From a virus, in the UHGV virus genome UHGV-0185805: a DNA stretch of 17,212 nt; one strand, written 5' to 3'. Each line of letters opens with the position of its first letter. Positions within the stretch are counted from its first letter, which is position 1. Below, one piece after another: positions 7,801 through 15,193 of this stretch. A model generated the notes under the pieces. The model did not search any database and was not told where the DNA came from. It was given only the letters and a program-made list of their open reading frames with translations. Made by a program: the position numbers and the translations under genes.

Positions 7801-8293
7801 GAACTTTCAGGTAGGTATTATCGTTAAGCAGGAAATCAAATCCCTTTTTGTGCCAGACAGTTCCGCGTTGATGGTTTGGACGCTCTTCGAACATCCATCG
7901 GCAATTTTCGCCTACGTAGCTCAAATAATTTCTCCAGTCCTGCATCGTGAACCCATGCCCGTCAAGCTGGCGGGTTATCACTCCGGCTTTGCGCCAGAAC
8001 GTTCGGATCTGGTTTTTACGCTTGTCATTCAGTGCGCGGATTCTTGGCGCTTCAGGAAGGATTTCGTGGTAAGCATCGACAACATCCTGACAGCTGACGG
8101 AAGGTTTTTTCTTGTCAGACTTTTTGTCTGCTGTAGCACTCTCTAATACGTCAGTATTAGAGATATTATTTATATTATTGTTTATGGACAACCGTTGGAC
8201 AATTTTTTGCCTGAAAATCGTCATATTTAACGATTGTAAACAGGCTAAATTTCTTCCCCATCGAGCAAATATTAAGCATACCTTTCGACTCAA
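7775..8293 (-). CDS. Replication initiator (O-like) linker and C-terminal part, in a different frame from the upstream N-terminal ORF (frameshifted single gene or two genes)
   Basis: ORF spans the AT-rich palindromic ori-like DNA (translated as ...SINNNINNISNTDVLES...) and ends overlapping the helicase start, as O-type genes do. Confidence 0.45.
   Translation of the reverse strand: MSRKVCLIFARWGRNLACLQSLNMTIFRQKIVQRLSINNNINNISNTDVLESATADKKSDKKKPSVSCQDVVDAYHEILPEAPRIRALNDKRKNQIRTFWRKAGVITRQLDGHGFTMQDWRNYLSYVGENCRWMFEERPNHQRGTVWHKKGFDFLLNDNTYLKVREGEHDDR
8140..8163. repeat. Perfect 10-bp inverted repeat TCTCTAATAC-gtca-GTATTAGAGA flanked by AT-rich DNA; candidate origin element inside the O-like gene
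   Basis: Read directly from the sequence; followed by tattatttatattattgtttat (8164-8186) and a second palindrome AATCGT-n8-ACGATT near 8214-8233. Confidence 0.4.
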
Positions 8294-8525
8294 AAGTCCG
8301 TAATAAGCTCCGAACTTTGTTGTCGGGGATGAATGTTTCTCTGACCAGCGACGGGCGTCCAGTTATCATCTGACCGCGATCAACAGTTATCGGACCGATA
8401 TCCGTATTGACGACAGTAGATTCGTGATTAGCCTTGAGGATTAAGTGAAGCCAAAGATGTACTGCCTGAGAGTCCTTATAGAGCCTGCTGTCCATAAACT
8501 GGCGGTGTATAGAGACATACCCCAT
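8175..8525 (-). CDS. Replication initiator (O-like / P22 gp18-like) N-terminal DNA-binding part
   Basis: MGYVSIHRQFMDSRLYKDSQAVHLWLHLILKANHES... resembles phage replisome-organiser N-terminal domains; directly upstream (same strand) of the helicase. Overlaps the next ORF 8175-8293 in another frame. Confidence 0.55.
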   Translation of the reverse strand: MGYVSIHRQFMDSRLYKDSQAVHLWLHLILKANHESTVVNTDIGPITVDRGQMITGRPSLVRETFIPDNKVRSLLRTFESKGMLNICSMGKKFSLFTIVKYDDFQAKNCPTVVHKQ

Positions 8526-8560
8526 ACTGGATGCCTCCTGATGTTGTACAGGGTTATGCC

Positions 8561-8869
8561 TGTAAACTCAAATCAACAGCCGCCGGACGTTACCAGCTTC
8601 TTTCCCGTTGGTGGGATGCCTACCGTAAGCAGCTTGGACTGAAAGACTTCTCTCCGAAAAGCCAGGACGCTGTGGCACTGCAGCAGATTAAAGAGCGTGG
8701 CGCTTTACCGATGATTGATCGCGGTGATATCCGTCAGGCTATCGACCGTTGCAGTAATATCTGGGCTTCACTGCCGGGCGCTGGTTATGGTCAGTTCGAG
8801 CATAAGGCTGACAGCCTGATTGCAAAATTCAAAGAAGCAGGCGGAACGGTCAGAGAGGTTGAGGTATGA
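8561..8869 (+). pseudogene. R: Endolysin R fragment (lambda-type transglycosylase, C-terminal ~100 codons only)
   Basis: ...[100 protein letters not shown] matches the lambda R C-terminal half as remembered. The N-terminal catalytic part and the holin gene are absent; the ATG at 8531 lies in junction DNA. Confidence 0.85.
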
Positions 8870-10443
8870 GCAAAGTCACCGCGATTATCTCCGCTCTGGT
8901 TATCTGCATCATCGTCTGCCTGTCATGGGCGGTCAATCATTACCGTGATAATGCCATCGCCTACAAAGAGCAGCGTGATAAAAAAGTCAGTGAGCTGAAG
9001 CAGGCGACTGCCACCATTACTGACATGCAGCAGCGCCAGCGTGATGCTGATGCACTCGATGCTAAATACACGAAGGAGTTAGCTGATGCGAAAGCTGAAA
9101 ATGATGCTCTTCGGCGCAAGCTTGATAATGGTGGCAGGGTGCTCGTCAAAGGAAAATGCCCTGTGCCATCCTCAGCCGAAACCTCCAGCGCCTCCGGCAT
9201 GGGCAATGATGCCACCGTCGAACTCTCTCCAGTTGCTGGACGAAACGTTCTCAGTATCAGATCTGGAAATCCAGCGTTTGTTGCACAGGCACAACAGGCG
9301 TTTTCCGGTCTTAATGAGCAGCAACGCAACGATATGGGCGATTTAGCCATGAGGGCTAACGTCGCTCTTTCTCAGGGACCGGAAGCCTACAGTAAATTCA
9401 TTACTGACAACAAGGACAGGTTAAATCGTGTGGGGGCTAATGCTGACTGGATGATTCAGACAGGTATCCAGAATCCAGAGCAGCTATCACACATGCTGAC
9501 TACTATGTCTCTCGGTGCACTTGGGCCAGAAAAGGCGTTTGCTGTTCAGGACAAGATAGCTGGTCGTGAGATTGACCGAGGCAGACTGGCAGAGACAATC
9601 CGCAGCAATCAGGCCAGCGAAGCACTTCAGGCGAGAGGGCAGGATATTAGCCGAGCAAATGCGTTAACGTCAGCATATGCACCAACAGCCGCAATGCAGA
9701 ATTACAATCAGTACGCGCAAATGTTAAAGGCGGATCCAGATGGTGCAGCGGCATTTGCGGCAGCGGCGGGAATTAATCCCAATGCTAAGAAATTACTTAA
9801 GGTTGAAACCAATCCTGATGGCTCGGTAACTAAGTATTACACCGATGGCAGCGAGGAAGCCGGAAAACTAAACCAACCTATATCTGGTGATGGCATTAAA
9901 CCAATTAGTTTGCCACAAGCGCAAAGCATCATAGATAAGGCTAATGAGGGTTCCAAGAAGGCGGCAGGATTTGCTTTGCGATTAAAAGATTCAATGGACT
10001 CAATGAATCAGCTTAGTAAAAGCATTGACCCTAAGCGAGTTGCATTAATAAATCGCTCTCTTGGTGATGGGACTATTGCAAATTTAAGCCTATCACCAGC
10101 GGAGCAGCAATATATGGTAAATGCGAGAGACGCCTTGTATGCAATTTTGCGCCCAGAAACAGGTGCAGCAATTACTCTGCCAGAGATGCAGGAGTATTCC
10201 AAAATGTACCTGCCTCAGCCTGGTGATTCCAAGGCTGCTACTGAAACAAAAATGCGAAAAATGCAGGGCCAATATAACTCATTACGTGGTCAGTCTGGTC
10301 GCGTTTATGATGCTTTGGTGGTTTCAAGTGTTGCAAATAGTCAACAACAGAGCAATAGCCAACAACCGACAAATACCCAACAGCAGCAGAGTCAATCCGG
10401 ATCATATACCTCAAAATCAGGCATTCAATTTACGGTGGAATGA
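8866..10443 (+). CDS. Chimeric ORF: Rz-like spanin 5' part (about first 125-135 codons) fused in frame to the C-terminal ~390 codons of a probable P22 gp20-type ejection protein
   Basis: N-terminus [31 protein letters not shown]...[16 protein letters not shown] matches lambda Rz and overlaps the R stop as in lambda; an Rz1-like lipoprotein ORF is embedded in the +1 frame. The remainder is Ala/Gln-rich and overlaps (ATGATGA) the start of the gp16-like gene. The gp20 assignment is by position, not by remembered sequence. Confidence 0.6.
   Translation: MSKVTAIISALVICIIVCLSWAVNHYRDNAIAYKEQRDKKVSELKQATATITDMQQRQRDADALDAKYTKELADAKAENDALRRKLDNGGRVLVKGKCPVPSSAETSSASGMGNDATVELSPVAGRNVLSIRSGNPAFVAQAQQAFSGLNEQQRNDMGDLAMRANVALSQGPEAYSKFITDNKDRLNRVGANADWMIQTGIQNPEQLSHMLTTMSLGALGPEKAFAVQDKIAGREIDRGRLAETIRSNQASEALQARGQDISRANALTSAYAPTAAMQNYNQYAQMLKADPDGAAAFAAAAGINPNAKKLLKVETNPDGSVTKYYTDGSEEAGKLNQPISGDGIKPISLPQAQSIIDKANEGSKKAAGFALRLKDSMDSMNQLSKSIDPKRVALINRSLGDGTIANLSLSPAEQQYMVNARDALYAILRPETGAAITLPEMQEYSKMYLPQPGDSKAATETKMRKMQGQYNSLRGQSGRVYDALVVSSVANSQQQSNSQQPTNTQQQQSQSGSYTSKSGIQFTVE
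9086..9346 (+). CDS. Rz1-like outer-membrane lipoprotein spanin embedded in Rz frame +1 (native end probably near 9275; 3' part may be junction-derived)
   Basis: [19 protein letters not shown] (signal peptide plus lipobox) followed by proline-rich [11 protein letters not shown], as in lambda Rz1. Confidence 0.5.
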   Translation: MRKLKMMLFGASLIMVAGCSSKENALCHPQPKPPAPPAWAMMPPSNSLQLLDETFSVSDLEIQRLLHRHNRRFPVLMSSNATIWAI

Positions 10444-12281
10444 TGAAAGTAACTGCAAACGGTAAGACATTTACCTTCCCTGATGGTACGAGCACGGAAG
10501 ATATTGGCACCGCCATTGATGAGTATTTTGCTGGTCAGGCTGTTCAGCAACAAACAGTTAATCAGGCCAATAATGAACCAGCACGTGAAGAACCATCATT
10601 GATGCAACAAGCTGGCGATTGGCTCACAGGTGGTCAAAGTGCAGGGCAAATTGCAGAGCAGGCTGGTCGTGGTCTGGTAAACATACCATTTGACGTATTG
10701 CAGGGCGGCGCAAGTCTGATTAATGCAATCAGTCAGGGGCTTGGTGGACCCAAGGTTTTGGATGATGTTTATCGTCCAGTAGACAGACCGACAGACCCAT
10801 ACGCACAAGCCGGTGAAACAATTGGTGGGTATTTAGTTCCAGGAGTTGGAACGGCAGGAAGCATGGCTATTGGATCACTGGCAGAGGCCGCAAATCAGAA
10901 AGGCGATTTCGCACAAAATGCAGCTAAAAATGCCGGAGTTAACCTTGCCGCTCAGGGGGTTCTTTCCGCAGCAGCAAAGGGAATAGGGCGTGGAATAACG
11001 GCTATAAAAGGTGATATTGCGCCAGAAGTGGCGAAGAAAATTGCCACATCAGAATCGATGGGCGTGACACCAATGACATCTGATGTTATCCCGCCGAAAA
11101 ATGCTTTCACTCGCGGCCTTACTCAGGATGCCGAGGGGGCTTTGCTCGGGACAGGCTCAAAGCGAGCGGAGCAATATGCAACGCGTAGTAAGTTGGTAAG
11201 TAATTATTTTGACCGTTTTGGTGAGTACAACCCGGATGATGTGGTGAAATCTCTGACCACCACGTTAAGGGGACGGAAGGATGCCGCTGGCGCTGTTATC
11301 AATGACGTCACCAATAAAATGGGGAATGCCGCAGTTGATACCACAAACACTATGAATGCTCTGAATACAGCGATCGCAAGACAGGAACGGCTTGGGACGT
11401 CTGCCAATCAAAGCCTGCTTACATCCTTGCGTAACCTACGCGAAGAATTAGCAAACCCTGCAACTGATTTGGATGTTACGTTTGATCTCTTGCGTCAGCA
11501 CAGAACAGCATTTAGATCTAATGTTCAGGGAGATGCTATGGTCTTCCCCAACCAGGCAAAAGCAGCTACCAATATGGTAGAGAATGCAATGTCAAAAGAC
11601 CTTCGTAACGCAGTTGCTAAAAACCTCGGTGCATCAGACGCAGCAAAATACCTTAAAGCAAATTCAGATTATGCAAACGTTTATAATAAGGTGCTTAATA
11701 AAAACATTGCTAACAAGCTCAACAAGGCAAGCAGTGAAGCCAGTCCTGAACTTATAAATACCGTTGTATTAAGCAGAAAACCATCTGACGTGAAACGAAT
11801 CTGGAGCGCATTGGATGATAAAGGGAAAGATGCTATGCGTGCAGCTTACGTCAGCAAAATAGCGGAAAAGGCCGGTGACTCTCCAGCCAAGTTCATCACT
11901 GAAGTTAATAAGCTTAAATCTCAGTCAGGCGGTGAAATTTACAACACTATTTTTTCTGGAAAGCACATGAAAGAGCTCGATGCTCTTCATGAAGTTCTAC
12001 AGCAAACAGCAAGGTCAGACACCGCAAATGTAGTAACTCAGACGGGGCAATCACAAGCCAACAGGATAAGGACGATTGGCGCAACTGCGACTCTTGGAGT
12101 ATCAATGGGGCTTGAGGCTGGTTTTGGTGCAATGATGCGTTTGTATGAGTCCAAAGCAGCAAGGAATGCGCTCTTACGTCTGGCAAACACTAAAGCTGGA
12201 ACGCCAGCTTATGAAAGAGCGCTAAATCAGGCTGCTACTGCCGTGCGCCCGCTCTTAGCTAACGAAGCGACCCGGCAGTAG
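10440..12281 (+). CDS. Probable DNA-ejection (internal virion) protein, P22 gp16-like (613 aa)
   Basis: Size close to P22 gp16 as remembered (~609 aa), Ala/Gly-rich, follows the gp20-like ORF with overlapping start and precedes the sieA-position / mnt-arc-ant / tailspike block as in the P22 map. Assigned by synteny; no search run. Confidence 0.6.
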   Translation: MMKVTANGKTFTFPDGTSTEDIGTAIDEYFAGQAVQQQTVNQANNEPAREEPSLMQQAGDWLTGGQSAGQIAEQAGRGLVNIPFDVLQGGASLINAISQGLGGPKVLDDVYRPVDRPTDPYAQAGETIGGYLVPGVGTAGSMAIGSLAEAANQKGDFAQNAAKNAGVNLAAQGVLSAAAKGIGRGITAIKGDIAPEVAKKIATSESMGVTPMTSDVIPPKNAFTRGLTQDAEGALLGTGSKRAEQYATRSKLVSNYFDRFGEYNPDDVVKSLTTTLRGRKDAAGAVINDVTNKMGNAAVDTTNTMNALNTAIARQERLGTSANQSLLTSLRNLREELANPATDLDVTFDLLRQHRTAFRSNVQGDAMVFPNQAKAATNMVENAMSKDLRNAVAKNLGASDAAKYLKANSDYANVYNKVLNKNIANKLNKASSEASPELINTVVLSRKPSDVKRIWSALDDKGKDAMRAAYVSKIAEKAGDSPAKFITEVNKLKSQSGGEIYNTIFSGKHMKELDALHEVLQQTARSDTANVVTQTGQSQANRIRTIGATATLGVSMGLEAGFGAMMRLYESKAARNALLRLANTKAGTPAYERALNQAATAVRPLLANEATRQ

Positions 12282-12303
12282 CACTGTAAGCCAAGGACGG
12301 CAT

Positions 12304-12798
12304 TTATTTTATAGTTTTTATGAATTCTTTATTAAATCCCTTAGCTTCTCCGGGGTATCTTCCAAAGACAATTTTTATAAAAACAGAAAAAATAAAGATA
12401 GCAACGCTTAACAACAGTTGCAGTATCATTGGAACCCAAAGAACTACAGGCTCTATATTCATGAAACCAAATATTCTTCCGGCGATCATGGCGAAGTACC
12501 ACACTGTTATCAGCAAACTTAGTGGCATATGAATTACTGATATTACCAATCCAAGAGCATCAGTAATTCTATTTTCAAATTTTTCAGGGGAAAACTTTTC
12601 TTTAAGGTAATTCAGTGCGCAGGCCTCATTCTCTGGATTTTCAGCATTTTTCCCTATAGCAATAGAAATCTCAGATATCCTTGATTCAATTCTTTTGCGT
12701 TTAATAAAACTAGAAAAAAAGAACCACGCAATCTGCAACCCTATCCCCATAAATAGAGTTGCGGCAACTAGCACAGCGTAACTCATAGAATCAGACAC
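12304..12798 (-). CDS. Small inner-membrane protein (about 4 TM helices) in the position of P22 sieA; candidate superinfection-exclusion protein
   Basis: Hydrophobic segments ([25 protein letters not shown]; [31 protein letters not shown]; [30 protein letters not shown]); AT-rich. Start uncertain: GTG at 12796-12798 with GAGG 5 nt upstream, ATG at 12784-12786, or the track start at 12870. Confidence 0.45.
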   Translation of the reverse strand: MSDSMSYAVLVAATLFMGIGLQIAWFFFSSFIKRKRIESRISEISIAIGKNAENPENEACALNYLKEKFSPEKFENRITDALGLVISVIHMPLSLLITVWYFAMIAGRIFGFMNIEPVVLWVPMILQLLLSVAIFIFSVFIKIVFGRYPGEAKGFNKEFIKTIK

Positions 12799-13015
12799 AC
12801 CAACCTCTTTAGTTTTTCTAGTTACTTTGTCACGATAGGATATGCGAATTGATAAAACTAAATTGCGCACATGATAACTCAGTAATAATTGTTAATGAAA
12901 ACATGATCACCTATATTGCACAAGGCGAAACAGGAAGCATAATCTGGTTTCATGAGTGTGATCACGTTTGGGTAAATCAAAGTCAAGAGGAAATACTTGA
13001 AATTATCAAAAATAA

Positions 13016-13597
13016 CTATCTAAACGTTGCACACGACTCATCTATCCATTTTTCATAAAATTGTATACCGAGATAGGCAAGAACAGATGGATGTATATCA
13101 ACAAGCTTTTCGCCAAGATGTTCTGTTGGAGGTGGATAATCTTTTCCTTGGTTTCTTACGGTTATAGGCATAGTTGTTGCTGGATGAAACTCAACTATCA
13201 TAGGGTCGCCTTCGTATTTTGCTATTTTCCCTGTTGAATCAATGATTAACTCTTTAATATAATGGCTTCTTGCTCCCGGAAATGCCCCAAGAGTAGTATA
13301 AGGAGGTTCAAGTTTTGAGATTTCCATAGTGGAATGATGATCAGCATTTCTTGCTTGGTGAAGGTAAGCAAGTGTTTTGTCTGTTTTTCTAAGCATGAAC
13401 TTTTGGTTGAAGTGGCTGCTAAATTTTCCACTAACCGGCTTTGTTGCACAGAGCAACTTACTGAAAGACTTTTCTATATGCCCAAGACATTCTCGCCAGT
13501 GCATTTCAAAATCATCATGGTTTGTAGATGATTTCATCTGCTCTAGGCACTTTTTAGCTGCGATGATTTCTTTTTTTGCTGGGTTGTAATCGATCAT
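13016..13597 (-). CDS. Hypothetical 193-aa protein translationally coupled to mnt (ATGA overlap); possible HEPN-like RNxxxH motif; function unknown
   Basis: ATG at 13595-13597 overlaps the mnt stop (13594-13596); AGGA RBS lies inside the last mnt codons. AT-rich, no family recognised. Contains ...LHQARNADHHS..., which fits the HEPN Rx4-6H pattern but is weak evidence on its own. Confidence 0.6.
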   Translation of the reverse strand: MIDYNPAKKEIIAAKKCLEQMKSSTNHDDFEMHWRECLGHIEKSFSKLLCATKPVSGKFSSHFNQKFMLRKTDKTLAYLHQARNADHHSTMEISKLEPPYTTLGAFPGARSHYIKELIIDSTGKIAKYEGDPMIVEFHPATTMPITVRNQGKDYPPPTEHLGEKLVDIHPSVLAYLGIQFYEKWIDESCATFR

Positions 13598-13848
13598 TTT
13601 GCATCCTTGCCATACATGTTTTTAAGTGTCTCAAATACCACAGACTTGAACTGTTCAGCCTGCATCTCGGCTAATCGTTCAGCTTCATTGCGATAACCTT
13701 TTACAGGAGATGGTCTCGATAGAGCATCTTGGACGATTTGCAACAATTCTGAGTTCATTGATCTACCATTTGACTCTGCTCTGTATTTTAATTTTTCTCT
13801 TACTTCCAAAGGCATGCGGAAGTTAAAGTGCGGATCATCTCTAGCCAT
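13594..13848 (-). CDS. mnt: Mnt repressor (P22 immI maintenance repressor, ribbon-helix-helix)
   Basis: MARDDPHFNFRMPLEVREKLKYRAESNGRSMNSELLQIVQDALSRPSPVKGYRNEAERLAEMQAEQFKSVVFETLKNMYGKDAK is near-identical to P22 Mnt as remembered. It is the 3' 84 codons of track ORF 13594-14244, whose upstream extension is spurious. Confidence 0.85.
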   Translation of the reverse strand: MARDDPHFNFRMPLEVREKLKYRAESNGRSMNSELLQIVQDALSRPSPVKGYRNEAERLAEMQAEQFKSVVFETLKNMYGKDAK

Positions 13849-13870
13849 GCCATCACTCCAAGTTAGTGTA

Positions 13871-13922
13871 TTGACATGATAGAAGCACTCTACTATATTC
13901 TCAATAGGTCCACCGTGGACCC
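13871..13922. promoter_or_regulatory. immI control region: Pant (-35 TTGACA 13871-13876, -10 TATATT 13894-13899), Arc operator (13876-13896) and Mnt operator GGTCCACCGTGGACC (13907-13921)
   Basis: ATGATAGAAGCACTCTACTAT matches the P22 arc operator as remembered; the symmetric GGTCCACCGTGGACC matches the Mnt operator; arrangement between divergent mnt and arc as in P22. Confidence 0.7.
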
Positions 13923-13938
13923 ATATTGTGAGGTGAAT

Positions 13939-14100
13939 ATGAAAGGAATGAGCAAAATGCCGCAGTTCAATTTGCGGTGGCCTAAAGAAGTATTGGATTT
14001 GGTACGCAAGGTGGCGGAAGAGAATGGTCGGTCTGTTAACTCTGAGATTTATCAGAGAGTAATGGAAAGTTTTAAGAAGGAAGGACGCATTGGCGCGTAA
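13939..14100 (+). CDS. arc: Arc repressor (P22 immI, 53 aa)
   Basis: MKGMSKMPQFNLRWPKEVLDLVRKVAEENGRSVNSEIYQRVMESFKKEGRIGA is near-identical to P22 Arc as remembered; the track ORF start at 13876 lies inside the operator and is rejected. Confidence 0.9.
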   Translation: MKGMSKMPQFNLRWPKEVLDLVRKVAEENGRSVNSEIYQRVMESFKKEGRIGA

Positions 14101-14169
14101 AGTTGAAGCCCCAACTGCGGGAACAGTCAGGGCTTCGATATCGTAAAACCACGCATAGGAATTAACGAC

Positions 14170-15093
14170 ATGAAAAGTATAGCAACAGCAGTATCTACTA
14201 TCAATGTACCATTCCACGGCGCAGAGCTTTATGTTGTCAATCACAACGGTGAGCCGTACACCCCAATGAAACCTATCGTTGAGGGAATGGGTATGGATTG
14301 GGCTTCACAGTTTACAAAGTTAAAACAAAGATTTGCTAAAGGAATTGTGGAAATCGCAATACCTTCAGTTGGCGGTGTGCAGACCATGATTTGCCTTGCT
14401 TTACGTAAACTGAATGGCTGGTTGCAAACCATCAGCCCTAACAAAGTCCGCCCTGAAATCCGCGACAATGTAATCCAGTATCAAGAAGAGTGTGACGATG
14501 TGCTATACGAGTACTGGACTAAAGGCCATGTAGTTAACCCACGCAAAGCTAAAAAAGCGTTGCCGGGTAAAATCACCACTGAACAGCAGGAAGCCATTAA
14601 ACAACTCGTCATGAGTCGCGGTCAGTCTCTGCCAAAAGAAAAACAGGCTAAGGCGATGATCACCATGTGGTCGTCACTAAAATCCCATTTTGGATGTTCG
14701 TACAAAGAAATCAGTGAGGAGCAGTTTACCGAAGCACTATCACTTGCAGCTCGAGTTCCACTTGAAGGTGAGTTCATTGGCAAACAAGAGAAGAAAACCA
14801 ACGAGCTTTCTGCAAAAGAAGCAAACAGCCTTGTATGGTTATGGGATTATGCCAACCGTTCGCAGGCATTATTCCGCGAACTGTATCCGGCGCTAAAACA
14901 AATTCAATCGAACTATTCCGGCAGATGCTACGACTACGGTCATAAGTTCTCGTATGTTATCGGAATGGCGAGAGACGTTTTAATAAACCACACACGAGAT
15001 GTTGATATTAATGAGCCAGACGGACCAACGAATCTTTCCGCATGGATGAGACTTAAGAATAAAGAATTACCTCCTTCAGTACATAACTACTGA
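14170..15093 (+). CDS. ant: Antirepressor Ant (P22 immI type, 307 aa)
   Basis: Follows arc after a 69-nt spacer with an AGGA RBS and is followed by a terminator and the tailspike, exactly the P22 mnt-arc-ant-gene 9 synteny; size matches Ant (~300 aa). Confidence 0.7.
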   Translation: MKSIATAVSTINVPFHGAELYVVNHNGEPYTPMKPIVEGMGMDWASQFTKLKQRFAKGIVEIAIPSVGGVQTMICLALRKLNGWLQTISPNKVRPEIRDNVIQYQEECDDVLYEYWTKGHVVNPRKAKKALPGKITTEQQEAIKQLVMSRGQSLPKEKQAKAMITMWSSLKSHFGCSYKEISEEQFTEALSLAARVPLEGEFIGKQEKKTNELSAKEANSLVWLWDYANRSQALFRELYPALKQIQSNYSGRCYDYGHKFSYVIGMARDVLINHTRDVDINEPDGPTNLSAWMRLKNKELPPSVHNY

Positions 15094-15111
15094 CAGATAA
15101 CCAACGCAACG

Positions 15112-15136
15112 ACCCAGCTTCGGCTGGGTTTTTTTA
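15112..15136 (+). terminator. Rho-independent terminator downstream of ant
   Basis: Stem ACCCAGC (15112-15118) / GCTGGGT (15123-15129), loop TTCG, followed by TTTTTTT. Confidence 0.65.
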
Positions 15137-15193
15137 TGCCCAAAATTCACCGTAGCCATGCTGCGGCGATTCCTTGTATCTGGAGCAAATTAA

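Noticed and set aside
7088-8303. Plus-strand ORFs 7088-7351, 7321-7548, 7443-7814, 7787-8146, 8112-8303
   Set aside because: Antisense to the minus-strand helicase and O-like genes; Cys/Arg/His-rich shadow ORFs.
10300-10430. Gln/Ser-rich stretch ([20 protein letters not shown]) that could be mistaken for a DNA repeat
   Set aside because: It is amino-acid compositional bias at the C-terminus of the ejection protein, not a tandem nucleotide repeat or CRISPR-like array.
8961-12186. Minus-strand ORFs 8961-9350, 10008-10202, 10596-10808, 11204-11407, 11947-12186 and plus ORF 10121-10465
   Set aside because: All fall inside the long plus-strand Rz/ejection-protein ORFs, in antisense or alternative frames, with skewed composition; no RBS or conserved-looking sequence.
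13876-13938. Upstream ATG for the arc ORF (track start 13876)
   Set aside because: This ATG lies inside the Arc operator / Pant -35 region; the native Arc start MKGMSKMPQF is at 13939.
13849-14244. Long N-terminal extension of minus-strand ORF 13594-14244 (216 aa)
   Set aside because: Only the 3' 84 codons match Mnt; the extension runs antisense through the operator region, arc and the start of ant and reads as non-protein-like (many W/C/F/Y); true mnt start is the ATG at 13846-13848.
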